Below, piece after piece: positions 45,393-56,399 of a stretch of 64,000 bases of DNA; within the stretch, counting starts at the first letter, position 1, and each line of letters opens with the position of its first letter. The position numbers and the translations under genes are program-made. Source of the DNA: Eukaryota sp. TZLM1-RC (taxonomy: Eukaryota; Protista; Metamonada: BaSk clade); assembly GCA_040285825.1 (NCBI GenBank), contig JAUPSS010000007.1:1016501-1080500 (forward strand). Direction: 5' to 3'. The notes beneath the pieces were generated by a model, which saw only the letters and a program-made list of their open reading frames with translations, made no database searches and was not told the origin of the DNA.

Positions 45393-45616
45393 TGAGAATT
45401 TTCATTGACACGAGAAATAGGCTTTAGGTGCATTACCAATTCTGAATTTTTTGCCAACAGGCAGATATTTCTTCAAAACAAAATATATGTTTCCTTCAAC
45501 ACAACCGATGTAATCGATTAAGTAGGAAATCCGACCTGAAAGATGTTTTCATGATTTGTGGCCAAAGTGGAGTCGGTGATTGATCTTCTGATTTATGATC
45601 ATCTTTAATCAGAATA

Positions 45617-46170
45617 ATGAAGCTGCTTCTTCTTACGATCACTCTCTTTGCCCTTGTGTTTGCTGGATGTCGCTGTCCAAGCCCTTGTAATTTTGGATAT
45701 AGCGGTACTAACGCTCAGTGTTTCTGCTGGTGTCAGCAGACGGCTAACGCGATTGGTGCTTCTTCTGATGCTCGCTGTACATACTTTCCCTCTGGACAGT
45801 TCTCGTCTGGCGGATGCTCTCTTTGTGCTTCCAACATTAACTCTCTCAGCCTCACAGATGAAGAATCTGTCACAGAAAACAAACTAGAAGAATCCAAGGC
45901 CGACGCCGTCGTTGCTTTGGAGGATAACAACACCCGCATCTTCCCTCTTAGGCGATGTAAATGTCCATCCCAGTATGTTTTGTTTAATCACCTTATCATA
46001 GATGCTCTTGGGGATACTCTGGTACCTATCAGCAGTGTACTTCCTGGGCACGCTCTATTGCTTCACTCTTCCTTAATGGACAATACACCGTAACCTACTT
46101 TCCAAGAGCTCAGTTCAGTTCTGGTGGATGTAGTGCCTGTGGGAACACTGATCCTTGCAAGGCCTTCTAG
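45617..46170 (+). CDS. Secreted Cys-rich two-domain peptide precursor (174 aa; join 45617-45972, 46002-46170)
   Basis: Signal peptide; removing the 29-nt intron yields a second copy of CxCPSxCxxGYSGTxxQC...TYFPxxQFSSGGCSxC ending at TAG 46168-46170. Confidence 0.88.
45973..46001 (+). other. 29-nt spliceosomal intron
   Basis: GTATGT...CCTTATCATAG; removal restores the internal protein repeat. Confidence 0.9.
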
Positions 46171-46524
46171 AATGTTCACTTTCATGTCGTTTCTCTCTGT
46201 ATAAAGACTATTTTAGATTATATTCTACTTCAACGATCTCTGACATACACAATGAAACCTACATTGCTTCAGGGCAATAGTTTGAATAGTTATGTTGAAA
46301 CACATAAGTTTTGAATTCATTGTTGGATTTTAAATGGTGATTTTGTAGAAACAGACACCTGAATCATTATTTGAACAACCAAATTGCAAGGAAGCATGTG
46401 TTCTGGTATTCTTTCTAATTTCAGCTACACTGTGCTCGCAACAATTGTTTTGTATTAAAGCCAAAGCACTATTCATGGTGCTTTGTTGAATTACTTGGCT
46501 GAATTTTATCTTAATCTTAAGGAG

Positions 46525-46910
46525 CAAGGTTCACGATGCTGTAAGAGACCAATTATATTGTATGTGTAAGTCTGATAGAATTGAATCCTTTTTGGAACCT
46601 CTGTTGTCAAATCTGTTTGATACTGAAGATGATTTTCATAAGAATAATAGAGGTGATGTAATATTACCTGGATTAGATGGAAGCTTCATTTGATTGGATG
46701 TAATGTCTGTTCATCCTTGTAATGCCTCAAATGAAAGGCTTGTTAATTCTGAAATTCATAATCTTCTTTCAAATGCTGAAAATTTCAAAATCAAAAAATA
46801 CAATGAACGTTTGTCCAAAGTGTCCAGTCTACAGCATACAAAATACAATTTGTATCCATTTGTATTTTCTCTTTTTGGTTCACTTGCTCAAACGGCTATA
46901 CGAATTTAGA
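46525..46910 (+). mobile_element. CRE-like RLE fragment, B-related family
   Basis: HDAVRDQLYCMC...EPLL...NRGDV...DVMSV...KIKKY...YPFVFS. Confidence 0.75.
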
Positions 46911-46916
46911 ATTTAG

Positions 46917-47953
46917 ATTGAATTTAGAAATCAATTTCCTTTTTCTAATATATTTTGATTTCAAATTTACCATTATAAGACTTTGTTTTAGTTCCAACAT
47001 TAATCATATATTTCGATCTACAAATTCTCTTATCATTAGGTTTTTGGCCCAGAAGTTTAATGAATTATGTGCAAAAGTGTGGTCATATTACTAGGATGTA
47101 AAATGTACCAAATTCCATTTCTTAGTCCACATGATGGAGGTCTAGGGTGGACAAAGGCCTAAATTCTGATTTACTTTTTTTGGTTTGCGTGCCACTAATG
47201 AAGCATTTGCAACAAAAATAAGATTATATTTGAATATCCCCATTAATCAATTATTATTAAAAGAAAAATGTATTTATTCGAATTCACCTCAACTCACTTT
47301 GCGCCATGCTCTGAATTGTTCTAAATTGATAACTTATCGTTCTTCATTACATGATGCTGTTAGAGACACTGTTTTCAAAATGGCACAAACTGCAAGAATA
47401 TCATGTATCAAAGAGCCTGTGCTGAAGGAAACGCTTTCTCTGAATAATTTTGGTTCTGATGATAGACGTGATGTATACTGTGATTGGATTGATAATTCTA
47501 AAAGCTATTGTTGACTTTGTCTCTTGTTTCAAATGATACTTTGGTTCACAGAAGAAAACTTAGTCCTGTGAGTGCTCTTGATTTTTGGGCAAAACAAAAA
47601 CAGAGAATATGACAAAGATGTTGAAGAGGCTAATGCCTGTAGAAATAAACAGCTGGTTTTTATTGCTTTTTCATTTCCGATAAAGGGAATACTGTCAGTA
47701 AAAGCAGAAACTTTTTTGAATGACTTCCAAAAAATGGTTCAAGAAGTAACAATGAAAAGATTTGGTATTTTTTATGGTGTTCTCGGATTCAATTTGCGAT
47801 AATTAATAGATTAGGTCAGTTTTATGATCGAATCAGAGAAACTTTAGCTAGACAGCAAGCAGATCAAGAGTTTGTAGAAGAAATCTTGGATCAATGATAG
47901 TCGTCCCATTAGTTATAAGTTAATTTAATTAAGTGTGCAAATTCAATAAATAT
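46917..47953 (+). mobile_element. Internally deleted family A copy with intact 3' end
   Basis: Twin of the 37594 copy; ends GTGTGCAAATTCAATAAATAT. Confidence 0.88.
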
Positions 47954-48194
47954 TTTATTTTACTTGAATGCGTAAAAAACCTTCCTTGAATAACCGCAAA
48001 AACAATGTTTTCAATTGAAGATCAATTGCCAATAACCACCTTCTCATCTCAAATATTGTTGTTCTGTAAATCAAAAAAAATGTGCAAATTCAATAAATCA
48101 CAAATTAACCGAGGCTGTCACTGTTTGAAATAACATGTGAATATACAAAAAAATTGAAAATAGATTTATAAACACAAAAATTAATTAGTAACAA

Positions 48195-49226
48195 TTACCG
48201 ATCCCCTTCACCAAGATTATAGGTCAAATGATAATACAGCAAATCATAAAACTGCTCATTTTCACACAACTTTAAATAAAAGACTTTGAATAGATCCAGA
48301 ACCTTCCAAACGCAGAAGTCAGCATTCTCATGGAGAACTATTTGAAATTTGGAGAGATCTATACAGAACGAGCTTAAACACAGGAACAAAAGGATAGCCC
48401 GTAGACAAATGTTGTGAAGCTTGGGATATGACAAAGTAATTTTGTGGTCATTTGAATCGACAATTATTCCTACCAACTTGGATGTATACTTAATACATGA
48501 TTTACATAACCTATGCTCTGTTAAGATGGAGAGAAACTCTGTGAGAAGACTCACGGGTATGTAAACGAATTCATCCACAAACATAGTGCAGCAGTCCACA
48601 CCATAGTTTTTGATGACATCAGAAAAGCAGACATTCCAAAGCGGATGCATTAACTTACAATGCAAGTAATCCCAAGAGAGCAGAAGCTTAAATGTATCAA
48701 TGTTCAGAGAATCACTCTTCTTTTGATGAGTCAAGTTGTAGAAAAGTCCATAGGACAAGTAGTCATTTTGGAGCCTTGAAAGTATACTTGAACATACAGA
48801 TCGCTTTTTGAGACGCTTGGCTACCGTGACAGTGTTCTGATAGTTATATTTCATAAATCTGACAATGTTGTAAGCATTTTTATCCTTCAATAGTTGAGAA
48901 AGTCGGTGAATGATGTCACGATCATTATAGAAGGCCACGCTAAAGAATTTGACAAGATCATACAACATCTTGGAGACAGGGGCCTTTTCACAGAGGATAG
49001 CGATGCAATTCAGTCCCTTTTCAGCAGTTTGGTTTGGTTCGCAGTCAAACAAGTAGAACCTGGAGAGGTCAATCCAATCTTCTACGTCTAGTGTCTGTGT
49101 CATGACCCTAGATTGATGATTCAGAGTGAATGATAAGGTTTTGATCTTCTGCATGCAGCAATTTCCTTTTTTGGACGAAATTTCTATTTTATACAAATTC
49201 ACTTCCAAGAGTTGGCATGATCTCAT
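48195..49226 (-). CDS. Hypothetical alpha-helical protein (up to 343 aa; true start may be the ATG at 49103)
   Basis: Long open frame in AT-rich DNA; no recognised motif. Confidence 0.6.
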   Translation of the reverse strand: MRSCQLLEVNLYKIEISSKKGNCCMQKIKTLSFTLNHQSRVMTQTLDVEDWIDLSRFYLFDCEPNQTAEKGLNCIAILCEKAPVSKMLYDLVKFFSVAFYNDRDIIHRLSQLLKDKNAYNIVRFMKYNYQNTVTVAKRLKKRSVCSSILSRLQNDYLSYGLFYNLTHQKKSDSLNIDTFKLLLSWDYLHCKLMHPLWNVCFSDVIKNYGVDCCTMFVDEFVYIPVSLLTEFLSILTEHRLCKSCIKYTSKLVGIIVDSNDHKITLSYPKLHNICLRAILLFLCLSSFCIDLSKFQIVLHENADFCVWKVLDLFKVFYLKLCENEQFYDLLYYHLTYNLGEGDR

Positions 49227-50304
49227 CTCCCACTGTTCATGATACTGAAATGAGGTTTCTTTGCTGAATAGGACTTTTAAGTGTTAAGCTTTTCGAACCT
49301 TTCATGCCGCAATCGCTGGTTTCCAAACATAGGTTCGAGAGTGTTGTCTCTCAAAGACATCTGAACTTGCTCTGGACGTCAGAATGTTTTCAGCCATTCA
49401 ACGGTTATTTAAAGGGTAATTTCTGTCTTGTACTCAGCTTTAGGGTCTCTTCTTCTCATTCTCTTATTAGCTTATAGAAAAAACCAGGGTCTATAAGGAG
49501 AATTACTTTTTGCCATTTTTAGAGATTTAATAACGTTGTCAACGTCCTGTTAGAGGTATTCGTTGGATATTATCTCAAAAAGAAATGAATTTGATCTTAT
49601 GATGATTGATGTCTCATCAGCAAAATGTGCTGTTTGTTTTGTAAAGATTGGTGCATTTTTTGTGTCTACAAAGCCAAAATACACGGGGAGAGTACATTTT
49701 TGACATGTTTTGGTTTATATGTTGATTATAATAGGGAAATAATGATGAGAAAACATTGAAAACTTGAATTTAAAGCTAAAGAAAACACAAAAAATAATCT
49801 TTATTATTTGTCTATGAGTATATTTTTGTAGTTCTTGTATTTTTCATAATGGTAAACTTTAGAACTATTAAGATACAATGGAATATTGTTGTGGGTTCTT
49901 GATCCCAAATCAGGAAAATTGTTTAGCACTTTTGTAGACTCAAATTCAACATGACTGCGAAGAACCGCCGGCGGCGACATAAGTTATGTATGATGAGCAC
50001 AATAAAAAGTGTTAAAACGCCGAAGAAATCTGTGCTCAAGTTGCATTCGGGAATCATCTATGTTACACCTGAAAGCCAAAGCAGCTCATTAGGGTGAGAT
50101 GGGTACTTAAAGATCCTTCTAATCGAACTCAAAACAGAAGTGAGTTGAGAAATACTCATGGAGGTTCTGAGAAGTGAAGACATAACACAATTGAGTAAAG
50201 GTGTTTGGGGAGTTGATTTTTCAAAATTGAAAGGTAAATTTGGGGGGTTGAGCCCTGATGATTCACCAAAGTAAACCAAATATTTGTTTTTGATCAATTA
50301 GCCA

Positions 50305-51222
50305 ATGTCGGAGAAGGAAAAGAACCATCAGACCCATCGTGCCGCTATGGAACACGTTGACCTGCCACAAACAGTATCCGATTCTGTATCTTTCAAGCCA
50401 TCTCAGCAGATAGGAACAACTGAGCAAGCTAGACCTCGTGTTAGTGCTTCCCATGAATCAGTAATCTCTGTTGCTCCACGATCCCGTACTGGGGAATCCC
50501 AACCATTTACTTCTTCATTTCCTTCTTCCCACCACTGTTCTAAAGCAGCTACCGTTTCTAGTTTCAATGCCCCTGTTTCCTTTGTTGGCAAGTACACCAG
50601 GTTGGTCATAATTACTACAGTATTATTTTTGATCGCCACTATCATTGCAATATTATTGATCTCAAGTACTGGAAGAATTGTTAACTTTGAAATTGACAAC
50701 AAAATTCTTGGTTACAAAAGGGTTTATGATGAAAGTACGAAATCTTTTGTTTTTGTCACCAGCTTGGTTGATTCCACTAAACATTATTTGAATTCTGACG
50801 ACGAAGGAATTTTGGATTTTGTTTATCGCGGTGGAATTATATATGGAATTGCAGATCGCGATTTGTAATACGATGAATATCGTAGGTTCTTTGTAACGAA
50901 TAGAATTAATAATCCTCAACGTCAAAAAATATTAGAATTCAAAGATTCAAATTTAGTTAGTAATAACTATAATGAACTCAAAGGCTGCACGTTCTTTGAC
51001 TATGGGCTTAGCCGAGAATGCTCGTTAAGATGTCTTTATGATTGCCATAGTGTGTTTGAAGAAGATGATGCTATTGCAACTTGCTTAGATGTTTGTTACT
51101 CAGAATGTGATTCCAATTATCCAACTAATGAGCTCTTTGTTTTCGTAGATGGAATAGTTAATGTTTGTGTTACATCCAGTATTACTGCAAAGATAATGTA
51201 CAAATACAGTGCTGAATTTTAA
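50305..51222 (+). CDS. Type II membrane protein with a Cys-rich ectodomain, interrupted by one in-frame TAA (tiny intron or pseudogene)
   Basis: ORF 50305-50868 has a single TM helix; the same frame stays open for 117 further codons (CSLRCLYDC...CLDVCYSEC) to TAA 51220-51222. Confidence 0.6.
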
Positions 51223-51667
51223 TTTCTTTTCCATAATTTATCCCCATTGTAAATAGTTGTATTCGTGGTTGACAACAACATTGTTTTTGACAATGTAACA
51301 ATTGAATTGATGAAAACTACTTGATCTGGTAATATTAGCTTATGTGACCAACGCTTAAATAAATGACCTTTTTTTTTAAAAAAAATTCTTCTACTTTAAT
51401 TGTACGAAACGCACACATGTCATTTGGTTGACAAAAAAGATGAAAACTAAAATTATATTTCACTGTGGACAGAGATAAGCAAAAATGAATCACAATGATA
51501 ATAACAATTAAAAAACAGTTTTGACGCAAATTCAGTAATTAAATGTACTAATTGTTTCCCTGATGTTTTTAGTTAAATTGTTGCTATGGGAAAACATAGC
51601 GAAATACCAATGTGAAAATTGTTTCAAAAAAAATAAGGTCTTATTTACAAAAATGCATCGAGATAGA

Positions 51668-52211
51668 TTAAAAGAAGTTAACTCTACCACCAGACTGTTG
51701 TTTCAACTGATTCTTGACAGAAGTTCCGTAACGGTTAACACCCAACAATAATTCAGTGAGAGTGGAATTGACAGTCAATGCTTCTCCAAGTGCAGCAGCT
51801 CCCTCATCACCGATCCTATTCCAGCTTAAATCAAGCTCTGTGATGGTGGTATTGACTTTGATAGCTTCTGCAAGAGCTTTAGCGCCTTCATCACCAATTT
51901 TATTGGACCCAAGAGCAACAGATGTAACAGTACTGTCTGATTTGAGTGCCTCCGCTAGTGCAACGGCTCCTGGATCTTCGATTTTGTTATCATTCAAGTG
52001 GACCTTCGTGGCACCAGGAAAAGCCTTAAGAACTTCAGCGATAGCAACAACATCATCATTCTTGACATTGGAGTTTGGAAGGTAGATAGATCTAGATGAA
52101 CCTCTTCGTTGTTTATCCAAAGATCGGGTTACTTTTCTAGATACTTTATCCCACTCAACATTCAAATCATCAAGGGAAGCTTTTATGAGCTGCTAGTGCA
52201 GACAAACTCAT
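51668..52211 (-). CDS. RNI-like (NLRC3-type) LRR protein, 171 aa (join 52211-52208, 52179-51668)
   Basis: 28-aa repeats NKIGDEGAKALAEAIKVNTTITELDL; a 4-nt first exon ATGA plus a 28-nt intron gives MTSLDDLNVEW in frame. Confidence 0.85.
52180..52207 (-). other. 28-nt spliceosomal intron
   Basis: GTTTGT...CTCATAAAAG; supplies an in-frame ATG to the LRR ORF, which otherwise has none. Confidence 0.8.
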
Positions 52212-52594
52212 TATTATATCTGAAAAAGTTTGAGAAAGTGATTTGGTTTAAAACCAGTGTTCAGAATTTTTCTACCATGTAGCCCATCGTGGTCATTATG
52301 GTGGTAAATCTGAACTACATTGTGGCGTGTTTTTCCTACGAAATGCGATTACTTTCTGACTTTTCTGACTGTTTGCTGATGATAATTAAACATGTTGATT
52401 TCCACTCCCAAATACTAAACTTATAAGTATTGAACCAAAATATTGATTGAGTTTCACAATATAGGATGGATTACAGGACCCATTAGTGAGTTTTTCTGAA
52501 CTGGAAGAGAGTATCAAAGAACCACAGCATTCGGACACGAAATGTTCAGCCATATTAGGAAAGTTGAGCTGTCAGTGACAAATTTGATTTGATA

Positions 52595-53240
52595 TTACTC
52601 ATCGCTCAGTTGTTAATGATGCTGTTAGAGACCAACTGTATGCCATGTGCAAAAACCACCATATTGAAGCTTTTGTTGAATCTCTTGTGCGTAAATAGTC
52701 ACCTGAAAATGAAAATAATACTACTTTCGGGAAACGCCGTGTTGATTTTTAATTACTCCTGGGTCTGATAATGTGACCAAAGTTGTTGATGTTGTCACTG
52801 TTGATGTTTTTTAAAAAAATAAGCAATTGATTTTGCTAAAAAAATGAAACTCCACTTTGCTTTGCTGAAAAGAGCAAAATCAAAAAGTACAAAAGGCCCT
52901 TATATCAGCTTGGGCGTGTTGAGCATGTAAAGTACCAGCTGGATCCGTTTGCTGTTCCTTTTTTTGGTAACATTGCAATATCTGGAATTAAATTTCTCGA
53001 AGGTTTCAGAAGTTTAATAAAAGAAAGAACAGGAAAAGAGTGGAACGCAAATTTCTGGCACAACGGAATTGTTTTTAGTATACTTAAAGCAATTGCCGAA
53101 ATGATAAACAAAGCACTGTTACAATTAGGAATAGAATAGGAAAATCGCACACTCAACAAATTAGATGATGTAGATGCATGTATTGAGGATATTGGGTTCT
53201 AGTTTTTTGTTTAATTGTTTTGTTTGCGCTTCAAAATAAA
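52595..53240 (+). mobile_element. Degenerate CRE-like RLE 3' end, further family
   Basis: xDAVRDQLYAMC, KVVDVVTVDV, EKSKIKKY, PFAV, FWHNGIVFSI; ends at AATAAA. Confidence 0.7.
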
Positions 53241-53964
53241 TCAATTTAATTCAAAAAAAGTTGGTGACAAAATTTCTATGGCATGAAGGCATCTTCTTGC
53301 ATACCACCTCATTATAAGCATTTTTAGAAGAAAGTCATTCAAATACATGGTGACATCTACCGGGCAATATAAATTTAGAAAAAAGAAAGGACGAAAGAAT
53401 AAGGAAATGTAATTGACCTGGTGGCACCACGTGGTGGTGTCAGAGTCTTCAATCACTTTTATTTTTGCAATATTTTGGACGAAACTGCCACTTATTCTTT
53501 CTTCTCAGTAATTTATCCTGGAGTTGAATGACCCAGTGCATGACTAGAAATTTCTGGAACAGCGGCTTAAAAGTTAGTTTTACATGGTGAGCCAATATTT
53601 TACAATTAAAATATCAAACTGATTATGTTCCTCAACCTCAAAGGTGAATAAGATTTCAAGTTCAAAATTCATTTCACGCAAGAAGACATTTACAGAGAAA
53701 ACGAATAACAAACAGACCTTTATGCAAAACGATCATTGACAATGGATTGAGTTACTATAAGGTGCCTCAGCTACAAGCAAGTTCACACTACTGAAAATCT
53801 GTCAAACACTTTTGACTGGAGAATCGCAATGGTGTTTATATTTATAATTTTTGTAAAGGGGAAATGATAAAGGTAACGTTGTTTGACACAATTGTCCAAA
53901 AGTTTCAGTTTTCAGCAAACCCGAGTTTTAGAAGGAAATAGCTTTTTGAATTTAAGCTTTGGCA

Positions 53965-56355
53965 CTTACTGGGAAATTTATCCATTGATGCCATCAGAAG
54001 TATTTTCGGTGATGAAAAAGAGACCACGCGGTAGGTCTGCCGGATTTTCAGGTATCACTATTGATCATGTAAAAGCCGCAATTATTTCTTCAGAGGATTG
54101 TCTTGGTTTATTAACCAAAATTTTTCAACAAAGTATTGAATGGTCAACTCAGATATCCAGATGAATTAAGAAGTTCTCGTTTGACTGCACTTGTCAAAAA
54201 TTTAAAAATGGATATTCGTCCCATTGCAGTCTCTGAGAGCTTACAAAATATTTTTTCTGCGTGTTGCTTAAGCAGGTTAAATGAGAAAGCAAAAAAGATT
54301 TTATTACCCTTTCAATATGGAATTAATACCACGGATGGAGTCTCCTCAGCGATATTTGCTACTGATGTATTATTTCGCCAAGATGAATCCAATATTTGTA
54401 TGTCATTGGATTTTTATAATGCATTCAGTTCACTCAGTCGTCGCAGTATCCATGGTGCTCTATTGCAATATATGCCGGATTTAATGCCGTATTTTCAATC
54501 AACAAATAGCACAAATTTTAATTTACATGTTGATAATTGCGTTTTGAGTTCATCAAGTAAAGCAAGGAGATCCGTCAGGACCTCTTTTTTTGTTTGGCCA
54601 TTCATGCTATTTTATTGCAAATTCAAGAGATGTTTCCTTCGCTAAAAACGATTGCATATATTGATGATGTTGTGCTTATTGGTGATTTAAATGTTGTGAA
54701 ACAAGCAACTATATGTTTTAAAGAATCATTTACCAAAATTGGTCTCCGACTTAATTTATTGAAATGTGTTTTGTTATCGAATTCTCCAGTTTCCACAATA
54801 GTTGATGGTATTGAAATTCAAGCCAAATCATATTCAATTGATGCTATTCGTCATTTGGGTTCGTTTTCAGGAAATAATGATGAAATTACCAAAAAATTGT
54901 TTGAAAAGTTGAACTCAATTTCTGACAAATTTGACCGAATGATGAATTTAGATATAAAAAAACACATCAAATTTACCATTATAAGATTGTGTTTTAGTTC
55001 CAATTTTAATCATATATTTCAATCTACAAATTTTCTCGTCACTAGACCTTTGGCTAAAAAGTTTAATGAGTTACGTGCAAAAGTTCTGTCTCAATTACTG
55101 GGATGTAAAATGTTTCAAATTCCAGATCATGCTTACCTTAGTCCACATTATGGTGGTTTAGGGTGGACGAAGGCTTCTATTCTTACCTCGTGTGCTTTTG
55201 TTGGTGGATGCAGAAATGCAATCTTTGAGTTTTCCGAAAGATTTGCAGTTTGGAAAGATTTATTGATGACAACGCAAAGTTCCACTGTTTTTGCATTAAA
55301 TGAAGAAATTTCAAGAATTGATGTAGAAAAATGGGGTCGATGTTTTCCCAATCATTCAATGGCAATATTCCAGAAAAAAATGTTTTAAATTTGAAGTACA
55401 CTCTTCGAACATTACAGAAAAGATTGACTGGAATGTATGAAAAGGATCTTTATAATAATATTTGCAGCTCGGCTGTTTTAAATCAAGATCTTCACTCATT
55501 GTTATTGGAAAAGGGTGTTTGTGAAAACAAGGCGTCAGATTCTTCACTTTTTGTAACCATTGTACCACGAAGATTTGGATTGTGTGCCACTAATGAAGCA
55601 TTTGTAACAAAAATGAGATTATATTTGAACATCCCCATTAACCAATTATTATCAAAAGAAAAATGTATTTGTTCGAATTCACCTCAACTCACTTTGCGCC
55701 ATGCTCTAAATTGCTCTAAATTGATAACTTATCGTTCTTCACTACATGATGCTGTTAGAGACACTGTTTTCAATATGGCACAAACTGCAAGGATATCGTG
55801 TATCAAAGAGCCCCTGCTGAAAGAAACACTTTCTCTGAATAATTTTGGTTCTGATGATAGAGGTGATGTATACTGTGATTGGATTGATAATTCTGAAGCT
55901 ATTGTTGACTTTGTCTCATGTAATGTTGCAAACCATACTTTGGTTCACAGAAGAAAATTTAATGCTGTGGCTGCTCTGGATTTTAAAGCAAAAGAAAAAC
56001 ATAGAAAATATGATAAAGAAATTGAAGATGCAAATGTCGATACAAATACACAGTTTGTTTTTATTACTTTCCCATTTTTGATAAATGGAAGATTATCAGA
56101 TGAAGCAGAAACTTTTTTGAATGACTTCCAAAAAATGGTGCAAGAAAAAACAATGAGAAGATTTGATATTTGTTTATGGCGTTCACGGATTCAATTTGCC
56201 ATTATTAATAGATTACCTCGGTTTTTCAATCGAATAAGAGAAGCTTTAGCTAGACAGCAAGCAGATCAAGATTTTGTAGATGAAATCTTGGCTCAATGAT
56301 AGTCGTCCCATTAGTTATGATTTAATTTAATCAAGTGTGCAAATTCAATAAATAT
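53965..56355 (+). mobile_element. Longest family A CRE-like non-LTR copy (complete RT + RLE, 5'-truncated, about 3 frameshifts)
   Basis: SAGFSG, RPIAV, LDFYNAF, deleted GVKQGD, AYIDD, GGLG, CIC..HALNC, LHDAVRD, RGD..D..K..KY; 5' boundary approximate. Confidence 0.95.
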
Positions 56356-56399
56356 TCTGAAGCTTTCACAAACATTCTTTTGGGACCAACTGATATATC

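Noticed and set aside
38726-45397. Target-site duplication for element 2
   Set aside because: Flanks TGGAC (or TATAT) and TGAGA do not match; decayed or recombinant, so none is claimed.
49230-49720. Stop-riddled coding-like remnants (also ~9600-10070, 15070-15400, 20730-21030, 57540-58230)
   Set aside because: No motif I can identify with confidence; they could be old DNA transposons or pseudogenes and would need tBLASTx/HMM searches.
52181-52184. Programmed +1 frameshift at AAA-AGC in the LRR gene, resembling the site in element 1
   Set aside because: A 28-nt GTTTGT...AG intron fitting the -7 A rule explains the frame better.
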